From NCBI GenBank assembly GCA_030695925.1, contig JAUYOH010000109.1:32566-96565 (forward strand): a stretch of DNA of 64,000 bases. Direction: 5' to 3'. Positions within the stretch are counted from its first letter, which is position 1; each line of letters starts with the position of its first letter. Below the pieces are notes generated by a model. It had not been told where the DNA came from and made no database searches. It was given only the letters and a program-made list of their open reading frames with translations. The DNA comes from Candidatus Omnitrophota bacterium (lineage in GTDB: Bacteria > Omnitrophota > Gorgyraeia > Pluralincolimonadales > Pluralincolimonadaceae). Made by a program: the position numbers and the translations under genes. Below, one piece after another: positions 41,298 to 52,595 of the stretch.

Positions 41298-42362
41298 TCA
41301 TATCCCTATCGCCCTTACCACAGAGTCTATATCGGCCTTTATTATCTTGGGTTTCTTAAGCGACGCGATAGCCCTGTCCGGATCCTTAAGCCCGTGTCCG
41401 GTCAAGACGCAGACTATCTTTATCTTCTTCGCCGGTCTTTTCCTGAAGAGCCCCTTTCTTGAGAGTTTCAATAATCCCGCCACCGATGCCGCCGAAGCCG
41501 GCTCGGCAAATATACCCTCCTTACAGGCCAATATCTTATAGGCGGAGAGGATTTCTTTGTCGGAGACCATATCGATCGCGCCGCCCGACTCATCACGCGC
41601 CGCCTCGGCCTTCTTCCAACTGGCCGGGTTCCCGATCCTGATGGCGGTGGCGATAGTCTCGGGATTTTTTATTAGCCTTCCCCTGACTATCGGCGCCGCG
41701 CCCTCGGCCTGAAATCCCATCATCTTCGGCAGAGACTTTATCTTACCCGCCGCCTTATACTCTTTGTATCCTTTCCAGTATGCGGTTATATTCCCGGCGT
41801 TTCCGACCGGGATGAAATGAAGATCCGGACTGCCTTCCAATACTTCACAGATCTCAAAGGCACCTGTCTTCTGGCCTTCTATCCGGAACGGGTTTAGCGA
41901 ATTGACCAAGGTTATCGGATACCTGTTGGTTATCTCTTTGACGAGATTAAGGGCCTCATCAAAATTTCCGTCTACGGCTAAGACTTCGGCTCCATGGATC
42001 AATGCCTGCGCTAATTTTCCGAGGGCGATCTTCCCGTTCGGTATCAGCACAAAGCATTTGATACCGGCTTTCGCGGCATACGCGGCGGCTGAGGCGGAAG
42101 TATTTCCGGTTGAGGCGCACATTATCGCTTTAGATCCTTCCTCTAATGCCTTGGAGACCGCGACGGTCATACCCCTATCCTTGAACGAGCCGGTAGGGTT
42201 GGCTCCGTCGAATTTTAGATACACCTCGTATCCTTTGCCTATCCTATCGCTTAGGTTCGCGGAATAAATTAAAGGGGTGTTCCCCTCATTTAAAGTGACG
42301 ACCGGAGTCTTGCCCGAGACCGGCAGATATTTTCTGTATCTCTCAATGATACCTTTCCACAT
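41298..42362 (-). CDS. thrC: Threonine synthase
   Basis: 354 aa with the PLP lysine motif PTGSFKDRG. Confidence 0.93.
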   Translation of the reverse strand: MWKGIIERYRKYLPVSGKTPVVTLNEGNTPLIYSANLSDRIGKGYEVYLKFDGANPTGSFKDRGMTVAVSKALEEGSKAIMCASTGNTSASAAAYAAKAGIKCFVLIPNGKIALGKLAQALIHGAEVLAVDGNFDEALNLVKEITNRYPITLVNSLNPFRIEGQKTGAFEICEVLEGSPDLHFIPVGNAGNITAYWKGYKEYKAAGKIKSLPKMMGFQAEGAAPIVRGRLIKNPETIATAIRIGNPASWKKAEAARDESGGAIDMVSDKEILSAYKILACKEGIFAEPASAASVAGLLKLSRKGLFRKRPAKKIKIVCVLTGHGLKDPDRAIASLKKPKIIKADIDSVVRAIGI

Positions 42363-42364
42363 AT

Positions 42365-43657
42365 TTATCTCTCTACCCTTATCGCGACGGTCTTTCGCCT
42401 GATGGCCGAAAGATTGTCTATCTCCTCGAGCGCCTGCCGCATATTCTTTTCCTTGGCCTCGTGAGTCATAAGGACGACCGGTACTATACGGGCTTTTCTC
42501 CTCTCTTTCTGCCCCACACTCGAGATAGATATCTTATGGCGTCCCAAAATCCCCGCGACTTTCGCGAGGACGCCGGGTTTGTCTATACACGAGATGCGGA
42601 TATAGTACCTTGCTTCGATCTCGTCTATCTTCCTTATCTTCTTGATGGATTTATTCTTCATATAAATAGGCACCCTGCCGACCGAGTTGGACCTTAAATC
42701 GCGCGCAAGGTCCACTATGTCGCTTACGACAGAGCTCGCGGCCGGGCCTTGACCGGCGCCCCTGCCGTAAAAGAGAGCGCCGCCGACCATGTCTCCATGC
42801 ACGTAAATGGCGTTATAGACGCCGTCGACGCTCGATAAAAGATGTTCCTTTGATAGCAGCGTCGGATGGACTCTTACCTCAAGTTCGCCGTCCACATTCT
42901 TGGCGATCGCGAGTAATTTTACGGAATAACCGAATTCTTCGGCATATTTGATATCGTTCTGCGAGATATCAAGTATACCTTCGACATAGATATCCTCCGG
43001 CTTAACGGCTTTACCGAAACCCAGTAAGGTCAGGATCGCCAGTTTATGCGCGGAATCACGGCCTTCGATATCGAGCGATGGGTTGCGCTCGGCATAACCT
43101 TTCTTCTTCGCCTCCAGAAGCGCGTCGGAAAAACTTAAACCCTCGGCGGCCATAGACGATAATATATAATTCGAGGTGCCGTTTACTATCCCCAGTATGG
43201 TGTCTATCTCGTTTGCGACAAGGCCCTCGCGTAAAGACTTGATTATCGGTATCCCGCCTCCTACCGAGGCCTCAAAGAATATCTCGACTCCGGCTTTCTT
43301 GGCGGCTTCGAATATCTCCTCGCCCGACTCGGAAAGCAACGCCTTGTTCGCGGTGACGACGTGCTGGCCGCTCTTTATCGCTTTCAGGATAAATTCCTTG
43401 GCGGGATGGATACCGCCCATGAGCTCTACGACCACATCTATATCGGGGTTACCGAGGATTTTATTGACATCAGTGGTCAATAATTTCTTATTTACCTTGA
43501 TATTTCTTTTTCTTCGGAACTCCTTATCGCATATCGCCTTTAAGACGATACGAGCCCCGACCTGCCGCTCCAATTGGGCGGACTTCTCCAGAAGCGCCCT
43601 CGCGACACCGACGCCTACGGTCCCGAACCCTATTAAACCTACGTTTATCTTTTCCAT
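42365..43657 (-). CDS. hom: Homoserine dehydrogenase
   Basis: It has the Rossmann motif [12 protein letters not shown] and a C-terminal ACT domain. I set the start at ATG 43657 (MEKINVG), because the tracked start at 43723 would overlap tRNA-Pro. Confidence 0.92.
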   Translation of the reverse strand: MEKINVGLIGFGTVGVGVARALLEKSAQLERQVGARIVLKAICDKEFRRKRNIKVNKKLLTTDVNKILGNPDIDVVVELMGGIHPAKEFILKAIKSGQHVVTANKALLSESGEEIFEAAKKAGVEIFFEASVGGGIPIIKSLREGLVANEIDTILGIVNGTSNYILSSMAAEGLSFSDALLEAKKKGYAERNPSLDIEGRDSAHKLAILTLLGFGKAVKPEDIYVEGILDISQNDIKYAEEFGYSVKLLAIAKNVDGELEVRVHPTLLSKEHLLSSVDGVYNAIYVHGDMVGGALFYGRGAGQGPAASSVVSDIVDLARDLRSNSVGRVPIYMKNKSIKKIRKIDEIEARYYIRISCIDKPGVLAKVAGILGRHKISISSVGQKERRKARIVPVVLMTHEAKEKNMRQALEEIDNLSAIRRKTVAIRVER

Positions 43658-43678
43658 TTCCTTACCTCTTTTATAAAA

Positions 43679-43755
43679 TGGTCGGGGCGAGCGGACTTGA
43701 ACCGCTGACCACTTGTACCCCATACAAGTGCTCTACCAAACTGAGCCACGCCCCG
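43679..43755 (-). tRNA. tRNA-Pro (anticodon GGG)
   Basis: The reverse complement folds as a cloverleaf: acceptor CGGGGCG/CGCCCCG, D arm GCTC..GAGC, anticodon arm CTTGT-ATGGGGT-ACAAG (G37), T arm AGCGG-TTCAAGT-CCGCT. The CCA end is encoded. Confidence 0.9.
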
Positions 43756-43834
43756 CCCTTTTGGTCAATTTTATATAGAATTTAGAACTTTAATTATAGC
43801 AGATTTTTTTGAAGCTGTATAGAGGGATTTTGCT

Positions 43835-44842
43835 TTAGAGTTCCGCTTTTCTTTCTCTTGTCATCAGGTCGCGGACAGCCGCTTTGGGGTCTTTACCTTC
43901 GTAGATCACGGCGTATATTTGCTCTGAGATCGGCATCTCCACACCGTACTTTTTGCGGAGTTCGTAACAGGAATTGGCGGTTACCGCACCTTCGACGACC
44001 ATCTCGGTAGCCTTAAGGACGTCCTGAGGCTTCTTTCCTTTTCCTATCTCCTCACCGAACCATCTGTTTCTTCCGTGGGAACTGACACATGTCGTCATAA
44101 GGTCGCCGAGACCGCTTATACCGTAGAAAGTCTCCTGCCTGGCCCCCATCTTTATGCCGAGCCGCGCGACCTCGACAATACCTCTTACGAGCAATCCGGC
44201 CTTCGTGTTCACGCCGAATCCGAGCCCGTCGGATATGCCGGCGGCGATGGCGATAACGTTCTTCAGGGAACCACCTAACTCTACGCCTATGATATCGTTA
44301 TTGGTATAGACCCTGAAATTATCCGCCATAAATAAATCCTGTATCTCTTTTGCCGTATCCTCGTCCTCAGATGCGGCGACGACTGTCGTCGGAAGCCCTC
44401 TCGCGACCTCGTATGAGATAGTCGGGCCGGATAGAACGCCTATCTTGACCGGGCCGAGTATCTCGCGGACGACCTCTGACATCCTCTTCAATGTTTTGTT
44501 CTCGATGCCTTTCGATACACTCACAAAGATTTTATCCGCAAAATCGGTCCTGACATCTTTAAGCCGTCGCGACACATCCCGCATATACTGTGAAGGAACA
44601 GCTAAGACCATGATATTAGCGCCGCTGACCGCTTCGGAAAGGTCCGAGGTAAGCGATATCCCGGATGGGATCTTGACACCGGGAAGAAATTTTATGTTTT
44701 CCCGATTGGCCTTCATGGATTCTACATACTCGGGAAATATTCCCCAGAGATTTACCTTGGCCCCATTTTTATTGAGGAGTATAGCCAATGTCGTTCCCCA
44801 ACCGCCGTCTCCGATAACAGCAACGTTTCCAGGTTTTTTCAT
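43835..44842 (-). CDS. gpsA: NAD(P)H-dependent glycerol-3-phosphate dehydrogenase
   Basis: 335 aa with the motifs VIGDGGWGT and GSLKNVIAIAAG. Confidence 0.94.
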   Translation of the reverse strand: MKKPGNVAVIGDGGWGTTLAILLNKNGAKVNLWGIFPEYVESMKANRENIKFLPGVKIPSGISLTSDLSEAVSGANIMVLAVPSQYMRDVSRRLKDVRTDFADKIFVSVSKGIENKTLKRMSEVVREILGPVKIGVLSGPTISYEVARGLPTTVVAASEDEDTAKEIQDLFMADNFRVYTNNDIIGVELGGSLKNVIAIAAGISDGLGFGVNTKAGLLVRGIVEVARLGIKMGARQETFYGISGLGDLMTTCVSSHGRNRWFGEEIGKGKKPQDVLKATEMVVEGAVTANSCYELRKKYGVEMPISEQIYAVIYEGKDPKAAVRDLMTRERKAEL

Positions 44843-45453
44843 TTTTTCTTAAAGGAGATCCTGTTTTCTTCGCCGCGGACAAGCCGCTTGATATTCGGGT
44901 AATGCTTATACACGGTTACAGCACATATTAAAGAACCGAAGATGACATATGAAGCCGGCCTCGATAAGATCGAGAATATCACCGGTATCGCGGCAGCGGT
45001 CGCTATTGAAGCTAATGAGACATACCTCTTCCACGCAAAAACCGCGACCCACACAAGTAAGCCCCATAAAAATACGTCGGGTGCCGCCCCTATGAATACT
45101 CCTGCCGAAGTCGCCACTCCTTTCCCCCCCTTGAATCCCAAGAATACACTCCAGATATGGCCGACTATAGCCATAAATCCCAGTATCATGCCATAAGTCG
45201 CCGGCTCGATTGCAACACCGAGTCTTAAGAAGAGTTTCGCGACCAGAGCGACACAGATAAGGCCCTTCAATATATCGATAATGAGGACCAGTAAGCCGGG
45301 CAATTTTCCGACGACGCGATAGGTATTCGTGGCACCCACATTGCCGCTTCCGAATTGCCTGATATCGATCCCTTTTAATGCCTTGGCGAAGAGATAACTC
45401 GTCGGTATCGAGCCGATCAGGTAACATAGGACTAATGAGGTCGTTAATATCAT
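44839..45453 (-). CDS. plsY: Glycerol-3-phosphate acyltransferase PlsY
   Basis: 204 aa. It has the motifs YLIGSIP, GSGNVGATN and KGGKGVAT and is multi-TM. Confidence 0.93.
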   Translation of the reverse strand: MILTTSLVLCYLIGSIPTSYLFAKALKGIDIRQFGSGNVGATNTYRVVGKLPGLLVLIIDILKGLICVALVAKLFLRLGVAIEPATYGMILGFMAIVGHIWSVFLGFKGGKGVATSAGVFIGAAPDVFLWGLLVWVAVFAWKRYVSLASIATAAAIPVIFSILSRPASYVIFGSLICAVTVYKHYPNIKRLVRGEENRISFKKK

Positions 45454-45454
45454 C

Positions 45455-46006
45455 CTATTTCTTTCCGTGGTTACCGTTTAAGAGCCGCGCGCCGCGTATT
45501 AGGTAATTTATGCCCGAAAGCAGGGTAAAGATGACCGCCAGATTCCATACGTATTCCGAATGTTTATACAGCAAGAGCACGCTTATTATAGTCGCCATCT
45601 GAAAAAATGTCGTTATCTTCCCGAGCGGACTCGGCGAGATCTTGACGTCACCCGACATAAGAAATATCACCACCACACCTAAGACAATAAATAGGTCGCG
45701 GCTTACGACGATTATAGGCATCCATAACGGCAATTTGATGTCGGCGGGCCAGTTCGCCAAACTTATGAAAGCGGTGATCAGGAGGAGTTTGTCGGCGATT
45801 GGGTCGAGTATGGTCCCGAGCATCGTCTTCTGTTTCAATACGCGGGCCAGAAAACCGTCAAGGGCATCAGTCAAGACCGCGAGGCCGAATATGCCCAGCG
45901 CCACAAACCTTAAATAATCATGCTCGGGTTTGTAGTAAAGGACGCAACCGATGAAAAACGGCGTAAGCAAGATCCTTAATATAGAGATCCTGTTGGCTAA
46001 GTTCAT
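45455..46006 (-). CDS. pgsA: CDP-diacylglycerol--glycerol-3-phosphate 3-phosphatidyltransferase
   Basis: 183 aa with the CDP-alcohol phosphatidyltransferase motif DALDGFLAR...GTILDPIADK. Confidence 0.88.
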   Translation of the reverse strand: MNLANRISILRILLTPFFIGCVLYYKPEHDYLRFVALGIFGLAVLTDALDGFLARVLKQKTMLGTILDPIADKLLLITAFISLANWPADIKLPLWMPIIVVSRDLFIVLGVVVIFLMSGDVKISPSPLGKITTFFQMATIISVLLLYKHSEYVWNLAVIFTLLSGINYLIRGARLLNGNHGKK

Positions 46007-46009
46007 TTT

Positions 46010-46594
46010 CTATTTATCAGTTAAGAGCTGAATCCTTTTCGGCGGCCATATTATCACTACCGCTTTGCCGATAAGATAATTCTTTGGGACGAAACCCCAG
46101 TACCTGCTGTCTTTGCTCGAGGCGGAATTATCACCTAATACAAAATAGCTGTCTTTCGGGACCTTGATCGGTTTTCCCTCCACGCCGAAATCTCCCCTGT
46201 TATAGTAATAGACCTTCCTGAACGCCGGCGGCTCATCTATTACCTTGCCGTCAACCAGCAATTTCCCGTTAGATATCTCGACCGTCTCTCCTTCAGAAGC
46301 GATAAACCTCTTAATAAAAAACTTCGCGCGATCCTCCGGAGAGATAAAGACCACGATCTCGCCCCTCTTTGGCTCTCTTACGCCCGGAAGCCTTACGTTT
46401 ATAAAGGGTACCCTCGGCCCGTATATGAATTTTACCACAACCAGCCTGTCGCCTACAAGCAGAGTCGGTATCATCGAGCCTGACGGGATCTTGTAGAGTT
46501 CAAAGACAAAAACTTTTATAATGCCGGCCAGCAATAAAGCTATTATGACGATCTCGATAGTTTCCCTCAACCACGATTTTTTCTTTTTATTCAT
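46010..46594 (-). CDS. lepB: Signal peptidase I
   Basis: 194 aa with the motifs SGSMIPTL and GDNSASSKDSRYWG. Confidence 0.93.
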   Translation of the reverse strand: MNKKKKSWLRETIEIVIIALLLAGIIKVFVFELYKIPSGSMIPTLLVGDRLVVVKFIYGPRVPFINVRLPGVREPKRGEIVVFISPEDRAKFFIKRFIASEGETVEISNGKLLVDGKVIDEPPAFRKVYYYNRGDFGVEGKPIKVPKDSYFVLGDNSASSKDSRYWGFVPKNYLIGKAVVIIWPPKRIQLLTDK

Positions 46595-46603
46595 ATTTTT
46601 CCT

Positions 46604-48397
46604 TTATAGTTTTAAGACAGCCATAAAGGCCTCTTGAGGGATCTCGACCTTTCCGAATTGCTTCATCCTCTTCTTGCCCTCTTTCTGTTTCTCCCAAAGT
46701 TTGCGTTTCCTTGTTATGTCGCCGCCGTAACACTTCGCGGTGACGTTTTTACCGGCTGGCCTTACGGTCTCTCGCGCGATTATCCGGCCGCCTATCGCGG
46801 CCTGTAACGCGACCTCGAACAATTGCCGCGGTATCAGCTCTTTTAATTTTAATACTAATTGATTGCCCTTTGCCTGCGCGTTGTCCTTATGGATGATGAA
46901 TGAGAGCGCGTCGCACGGCTTTCCGTTTATCAGGATATCGAGCTTGACCAGTTCGCTTGGGGAGTAGCCCTTGAACTCATAATCCAGTGAACCGTATCCC
47001 TTCGTCATTGACTTTATTTTATCATAAAAATCCACGATTATCTCGGAAAGAGGAAACTCGTAGACAAGCATAGCCCGTTGCGGGTCGAGATACTCAGTCG
47101 ATTTATAAATCCCTCTTCTCTCCTGCGATAACTGCATCACACTTCCCAGCGAATCGGCGGGCGTTATTATAAAAGCCCGTATGTACGGCTCTTCTATGTC
47201 GTCTATCTCCTGCGACGGCGGAAGCTTACTCGGATTCTCTATCTCTACTTCCTCGCCCGTTCTCTTTTTCACCTTATAGACCACGCTCGGAGTGGTGGCG
47301 ATCAGGTTTAAATTGTATTCCCTTTCAAGCCTCTCTTGGACTATCTCCATATGCAAAAGCCCGAGAAAACCGCACCGGAACCCGAAACCGAACGAGACAG
47401 ATGACTCAGGTTCATATGTAAACGAGGAGTCGCTTAATTCCAGTTTCTCGAGCGCTTCCCTTAAAAATGGAAAATCCTTCGCGTTGACGGGATACAAGCC
47501 GCAATAGACGAGCGGCCTTACTTTTTTATATCCCGGAAGCGGGTCATTCGTGGGATTCTTAAAATCGGTGACCGTGTCTCCCACGTGAACGTCCTTCGGG
47601 TTCTTTATATTGCAGGTTATATAACCGACTTCTCCGCAGGATAACTCGTCTACGACGACAGCGCCCGGCTTAAAGATGCCGACTTCCTCGACCTCATAGA
47701 CGTTACCGGTCCCCATCATCCTTATCTTCATCCCGCGCCTTATCGAACCGTTCTTCAACCTGATATAGACCACCACACCCTTAAAGGTGTCGAAGGCTGA
47801 GTCAAAGATAAGCGCCTGCAGTACATTTTCTCTTTCGCCTTTCGGCGGCGGTATGAGTTTTACGATGGACTCGAGGATCTCGTCCGTTCCGATGCCGGTC
47901 TTCGCGCTCGCGAGGATCGGCTCTATCTCCTTCAAATGCAATGTCTCTTTCAACTGCTGGCGGACCCTCTCGGGTTCGGCGTTCGTAAGGTCTATCTTAT
48001 TTATTATCGGGATTATGGTCAAATTATGTTCGCGTGCCAGGTAAAGATTCGCGACGGTCTGCGCTTCGACACCCTGCGCGGCGTCGACCACCAGAAGCGC
48101 TCCCTCGCAGGCGGCCAGCGCCTTCGATACCTCATACGTGAAATCCACATGCCCCGGCGTATCGATCAGGTTCAGGATATAATCTTTCCCATCCTTACCG
48201 CTATAATTTAATCGGACCGCCTTTGCCTTTATCGTGATGCCGCGCTCGCGTTCCAAGTCCATGTCATCTAAGACCTGGTCCCTGAATTCCCGCAGTGAGA
48301 TAGCACCGGTCTTAAGGAGCAGCCTGTCGGCTAATGTGGATTTCCCGTGGTCTATATGAGCGATTATGCAGAAATTGCGTATTAACGATTTATCCAT
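46604..48397 (-). CDS. lepA: Elongation factor 4
   Basis: 597 aa. It has the GTPase motifs [14 protein letters not shown] and NKID and a LepA C-terminal domain. Confidence 0.96.
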   Translation of the reverse strand: MDKSLIRNFCIIAHIDHGKSTLADRLLLKTGAISLREFRDQVLDDMDLERERGITIKAKAVRLNYSGKDGKDYILNLIDTPGHVDFTYEVSKALAACEGALLVVDAAQGVEAQTVANLYLAREHNLTIIPIINKIDLTNAEPERVRQQLKETLHLKEIEPILASAKTGIGTDEILESIVKLIPPPKGERENVLQALIFDSAFDTFKGVVVYIRLKNGSIRRGMKIRMMGTGNVYEVEEVGIFKPGAVVVDELSCGEVGYITCNIKNPKDVHVGDTVTDFKNPTNDPLPGYKKVRPLVYCGLYPVNAKDFPFLREALEKLELSDSSFTYEPESSVSFGFGFRCGFLGLLHMEIVQERLEREYNLNLIATTPSVVYKVKKRTGEEVEIENPSKLPPSQEIDDIEEPYIRAFIITPADSLGSVMQLSQERRGIYKSTEYLDPQRAMLVYEFPLSEIIVDFYDKIKSMTKGYGSLDYEFKGYSPSELVKLDILINGKPCDALSFIIHKDNAQAKGNQLVLKLKELIPRQLFEVALQAAIGGRIIARETVRPAGKNVTAKCYGGDITRKRKLWEKQKEGKKRMKQFGKVEIPQEAFMAVLKL

Positions 48398-49839
48398 CAG
48401 GTAACTATCTTTGACAACTTATCGATTATATTGATGAGGCACTTGGCTTCCTTCTCCGTGTGCGCTTCGCTGTATACCCTTAATATCGGCTCTGTGCCTG
48501 AAGGCCTTATCAAGAGCCAGCTCTCGTCCTCGAAGATGAACTTCATGCCGTCCCTCGTGTTTACCTCTAAGATTTTTCTTTTGAATATCTTCTTGGCATC
48601 CTTGCCCTGAAGTTTCGCAAACAGGGCGCTTACAACCTTCTCCCTCGTCTTCATCGATATCTCGACGTCCTGCCTGTGATAACGGAATTTTCCGAACCTC
48701 TTCTCCATATCGTCGAGTAGTGCCAGTATGGATTTCTTCTCCTGCTGCATCATCTCGACCAAGAGAAGCCCGGTAAGTATTCCGTCTCTTTCGGGTATAT
48801 AATTCTTTACCCCTATACCACCGGATTCTTCGCCTCCGACAAGGACATTCTCCCGCTGCATTAGTTTCGCGATGTGCTTGAATCCAACCGGTGTCTCAAA
48901 AAACTTGAGGTTATAATGCTTGGCTATCTTGTTCATCAGCATCGGCCCCGCGATATTCTTTACCAAAGCGCCTCTCCAGTGCCTGTTCTCAATGAAATGC
49001 AGGGCAATAAGGCACATTATTTCGCCGGGAGTGATGAATCTGCCGCCGGGCGCCACCGCGCCTACCCTGTCCGCGTCGCCGTCCGTGGCTACCCCTATAT
49101 CATATTTGCCTTTCTTCATCATCTCCATAAGCTTAGGCATATTATGCGGCAGAGGTTCGGGCTTTAATCCTTCAAAGGAAGGGTTCGGCTCGGCGTTTAT
49201 GGTATCAAGCTTTATCTTTGTCCCTTTGAGGACATCGCCGTGATAACTGTTGCCCGCGCCGTGCATGGCTTCGGCCACAACCTTTAAGTTGCAATTTTTC
49301 AGCAGGTCCAAATCGAGGTATTTCCTTACCGTCTCGATATACTTTGGTATCGGGTTGATGACCTCTATCTTCCTGGTCTTTACGCCCTCTTCAAGCGATA
49401 TCGTCTTTACCTTGTTCTTATAAAGGAATGCTTCTACTTTCTGCGTTACTGTCTGGTCCGCCGGTGAACCAAATTGCGTCTTTATCTTCAGCCCGTTGAA
49501 GCGTCCGGGATTGTGGCTCGCGGTTATTATCAGGCCGCCGTTTAATCCGAGAAGCCGGATATTAAGGCTTGTCGTCGGCGTAGGCGAAGGCCTGTCCGAG
49601 AGATAGACCTTTATGCCGTTTGCCGCGAGGACTTCGGCGACCGCCTGCGCGAACTTATCGGAGAGAAAACGGGTGTCATAGCCTACTATGATCCTTCGCG
49701 GCGCCTTGAATTGTTTATTGAAATAATCGGCGCAGGCCTGAGCCACTGTCCGCAGGTTCTCAAAGGTGAAATCATCCGCGATTAACCCCCTCCATCCGTC
49801 TGTGCCGAACTTTATCTTTTGTATCTCCGCTTTTTTCAT
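48397..49839 (-). CDS. Alpha-D-phosphohexomutase (phosphoglucomutase/phosphomannomutase family)
   Basis: 480 aa. It has FGTDGWRG, the phosphoserine loop [11 protein letters not shown], the metal loop ATDGDADR, and GEESGG. Confidence 0.88.
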   Translation of the reverse strand: MKKAEIQKIKFGTDGWRGLIADDFTFENLRTVAQACADYFNKQFKAPRRIIVGYDTRFLSDKFAQAVAEVLAANGIKVYLSDRPSPTPTTSLNIRLLGLNGGLIITASHNPGRFNGLKIKTQFGSPADQTVTQKVEAFLYKNKVKTISLEEGVKTRKIEVINPIPKYIETVRKYLDLDLLKNCNLKVVAEAMHGAGNSYHGDVLKGTKIKLDTINAEPNPSFEGLKPEPLPHNMPKLMEMMKKGKYDIGVATDGDADRVGAVAPGGRFITPGEIMCLIALHFIENRHWRGALVKNIAGPMLMNKIAKHYNLKFFETPVGFKHIAKLMQRENVLVGGEESGGIGVKNYIPERDGILTGLLLVEMMQQEKKSILALLDDMEKRFGKFRYHRQDVEISMKTREKVVSALFAKLQGKDAKKIFKRKILEVNTRDGMKFIFEDESWLLIRPSGTEPILRVYSEAHTEKEAKCLINIIDKLSKIVT

Positions 49840-50897
49840 TTCGTTCCCTCCCGAGCTGACATAAGCGCGTATATCTTACCCAAGTCCTCCATAGTTATAA
49901 GTCCCGCCAACTTCCCCGCGTCCATTATAGGTATCGCCCGCAGCCCGGACTCCTCCATAAGCTTATGTATCTTCGTCAGCGAGTCCAATAGGCCTGCCGA
50001 AGGAAAATCTTTTATCATTATATCTCTTACCGTCTTATCAAGCCCGAATTGGTGTATGGCCGAGATGATATTGGCTCTGGTCACGATACCGGCGAGAGCG
50101 CCGCTATCAAGGACCGGAAAATCTTCCTGATGGCTGTGAAAGATCATCTCAAGCACCTTTGAGAGTTTCGTATCCGGCCCCACGCTTAAATATCCGTTAG
50201 GCAGGATATCCTTTACCTTGAGCCTCTTTAGCGTCTCGGTTATCTCGACATGCGAGGCCTCCTGAGTCGCCGATATATAGACAAAGAAAGCGATTATGAG
50301 TAACCAGATGTTTCCGGTCATAATCCCCCATGCCACAAACAGAAATATAAATAAGTAACCGAAACCAACCGCTATCCTCGTGGCTTTCTGCAATGTCATT
50401 ACACGCGCCAAGAGAGCGCGCAGGATCCTTCCTCCATCCATCGGGAATGCAGGCAATAAATTAAAGACGGCAAGTAAGATATTAAGCCAGTAAAGATAAG
50501 CGATCACGTGAGGCCAAGTAGTAAGATTCATTGAAAAAAATATGTCAGGCCCCAGAAAACGATAAGCGGGATAATATAATATCGCGGCCAGGATTATATT
50601 AAATAAAGGGCCCGCTATCGCTATCCTGAACTCCTGATAGGGTTTATCGGGTATTGAACCCATTGAAGCAACGCCGCCTATCGGCAACAGGATGATCGTA
50701 TCGGCTCTTACCCCGAATTTCTTTGCTTGAAGCGCATGGCATAACTCATGTAAGGTCACGCAAACAAAAACTCCGAGTATCAGGACGACACCTTTTACTC
50801 CCATGCTAAGCCAGAATAGTATCGGAAGGATAAGAAAGGATATGTGCATCTCCACAGATATACCGAACACCCTGAAAAGTTTTATGGAATTTTTCAT
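49836..50897 (-). CDS. Site-2 (M50) metalloprotease with tandem CBS domains
   Basis: 353 aa. It has HELCHAL (HExxH), a multi-TM region, the second motif PMDGGR, and two C-terminal CBS units. Confidence 0.85.
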   Translation of the reverse strand: MKNSIKLFRVFGISVEMHISFLILPILFWLSMGVKGVVLILGVFVCVTLHELCHALQAKKFGVRADTIILLPIGGVASMGSIPDKPYQEFRIAIAGPLFNIILAAILYYPAYRFLGPDIFFSMNLTTWPHVIAYLYWLNILLAVFNLLPAFPMDGGRILRALLARVMTLQKATRIAVGFGYLFIFLFVAWGIMTGNIWLLIIAFFVYISATQEASHVEITETLKRLKVKDILPNGYLSVGPDTKLSKVLEMIFHSHQEDFPVLDSGALAGIVTRANIISAIHQFGLDKTVRDIMIKDFPSAGLLDSLTKIHKLMEESGLRAIPIMDAGKLAGLITMEDLGKIYALMSAREGTK

Positions 50898-52165
50898 GTT
50901 AGCGTCAAGGCCTCCGAGATACTTCTTTCTTCCGCTTTATTTATCGGACCTATCAAAGCTAAGTTTAAGCCGGCGTCATTGAATACCCTCTTAGCCACAC
51001 GCCTTATATCATCAGGCGTAATCTTATCTATCTTGCCCAGTATCTCCCCGGGAGTCAGTATCCTTCCGTCGGCGGACATATATTCCCCCATCCATAACAT
51101 ATGGTCTACCGTATCCTCAAGCCCGAGGAGCAATTGTCCTCTGTAGAATTCTTTTCCCCTCTCGAATTCATCCCTTCCGACGGGCTTTGTCTTTATCTTC
51201 TTTAGCTCTTTTGTCATAAGGTCCAGGGATTTAACTACCTTCTTTGTGTCCAGCCCCGCCGATATCAGGAAAGCGCCCGTGTCATAAAATTTCTTCGTGT
51301 GGGTGCCTATCTCATATACCAGCCCCCGCCTCTCACGCAACTCGCGGAAGAGACGGCTTGACATATTGCCGCCCAAGATTATATGTAAGAGGGTTAAGAC
51401 ATATCTGTCCGGGTCATTGCGGCCGAAAGCGTGTACCCCCATAGCAAGATGAGTCTGCTCCGTCTGTTTGGATAGGATATTTAGTCGCGGCCTCTTTTGT
51501 CTTTCCGTCGCTTTCTTAAAGGCGGACTTATGCCCTTTGCTGGCGGTTTTAAAATGTTCTTCACAAGAGTCAAAGAAATCGCGATACCTCATATTGCCGC
51601 ACGCCGCTATCACGATATTGCTTGGATTATAAAACCTGTCTTTATAACCGCGGATACCTTTGCGCGTTATCGCGCCTACCGTCTCGACGGTGCCGGCGAG
51701 ATTCCTGCCGAGCGGCTGTCCCGGCCAAAGCATCTCAACTAAAAGGTCATGGACGTGATGCGACGGCAGATCAAGGTACATCTTGATCTCTTCTTTTATA
51801 ACGGTCCTTTCTTTCTCGATATCCTCTAGTGAAAGCCGCGCGTTTAATACCATATCGGATAAGACGTCAAGCGCGGTCCCCATATCCCTGTTTAATACCT
51901 TGACGAGATAACACGTGAATTCCTCGGAGGTGAAACCGTTCATCGCTCCGCCCCTGCCCTCAATGGCTTCCTTTATCTCTTCCGCGGACCTCTTGAACGT
52001 CCCCTTAAACAAGAGATGCTCGAGAAAATGCGATATACCGCCTTCTCTCTTTGATTCATAGCGCGCGCCGGCGTTTATCCAAACTCCTATTGATAACGAA
52101 TCCCTCTCCGGCATGATATGCCCGGCGCAGCGTATCCCGTTTTTTAGCGTATTTAATTCATACAT
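50894..52165 (-). CDS. M16-family (pitrilysin-like) zinc peptidase
   Basis: 423 aa with the inverted zinc motif HFLEHLLFKG and a conserved downstream Glu region. Confidence 0.85.
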   Translation of the reverse strand: MYELNTLKNGIRCAGHIMPERDSLSIGVWINAGARYESKREGGISHFLEHLLFKGTFKRSAEEIKEAIEGRGGAMNGFTSEEFTCYLVKVLNRDMGTALDVLSDMVLNARLSLEDIEKERTVIKEEIKMYLDLPSHHVHDLLVEMLWPGQPLGRNLAGTVETVGAITRKGIRGYKDRFYNPSNIVIAACGNMRYRDFFDSCEEHFKTASKGHKSAFKKATERQKRPRLNILSKQTEQTHLAMGVHAFGRNDPDRYVLTLLHIILGGNMSSRLFRELRERRGLVYEIGTHTKKFYDTGAFLISAGLDTKKVVKSLDLMTKELKKIKTKPVGRDEFERGKEFYRGQLLLGLEDTVDHMLWMGEYMSADGRILTPGEILGKIDKITPDDIRRVAKRVFNDAGLNLALIGPINKAEERSISEALTLT

Positions 52166-52166
52166 T

Positions 52167-52595
52167 TTATTTTGAATTCTTTAGTCTCTCAAGATACGAT
52201 TCCAGTATCAATTGCGCGGCGATCTTATCTATAACGCCCTTGCGTTTTTTTCTGGAGACATCCGAGGAGATCAGAAACTTCTCGCTCTCTTTAGTCGATA
52301 ACCGTTCATCATAAGTGACTACGGGGATATTTAGTCCGGAACTTACGGTCTCGACAAACTCGGTGACTTTTTTCGCGCTCTCCCCTTTGGTGCCGTCCAT
52401 ATTTATCGGCATACCGACTACTATCGATTCCGCCTTATACTCGTCTATATATTTCTTTACTTCGTTTATATCGTCTTCTATATTTTTTCTTGTTATGACA
52501 CCCGCTCCCTGCGCCGTTATCCCTAAGGGATCGCTTACAGCCACACCTATCCGTTTCTGTCCGACATCTAAAGCGAGGATCCGGGCTATAGGCAT
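52167..52595 (-). CDS. ruvX: Holliday-junction-resolvase-like nuclease RuvX/YqgF
   Basis: 142 aa with the motifs ILALDVGQKRIGVA and DERLST. Confidence 0.9.
   Translation of the reverse strand: MPIARILALDVGQKRIGVAVSDPLGITAQGAGVITRKNIEDDINEVKKYIDEYKAESIVVGMPINMDGTKGESAKKVTEFVETVSSGLNIPVVTYDERLSTKESEKFLISSDVSRKKRKGVIDKIAAQLILESYLERLKNSK

Noticed and set aside
43658-43723. N-terminal extensions proposed by the ORF track for hom (to 43723), the PHP gene (to 817), the HU/IHF gene (to 15818) and guaB3 (to 22024).
   Set aside because: The extensions run into tRNA-Pro, tRNA-Arg plus hairpins, the dnaE 3' end and promoter, or a promoter region respectively. They also lack ribosome-binding sites. Internal ATGs with AGGAGG-type Shine-Dalgarno sequences give canonical N-termini.
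43757-43775. TTGACC hexamer just upstream of tRNA-Pro as a -35 element.
   Set aside because: It lies only about 8 nt from the mature tRNA 5' end, too close to serve as a -35 for it, and no -10 follows.
44906-45427. Same-strand alternative-frame ORFs nested in real genes. The example here is a 173-aa ORF inside plsY. Others are 3824-4006, 8991-9224, 15160-15378, 26733-26945, 29219-29425, 32176-32370, 35748-35942, 37445-37735, 39260-39571, 52617-52838, 59551-59763 and 61672-61944.
   Set aside because: They are out-of-frame overlaps of well-supported genes, with Arg-rich junk translations. Nothing suggests genuine overprinting.
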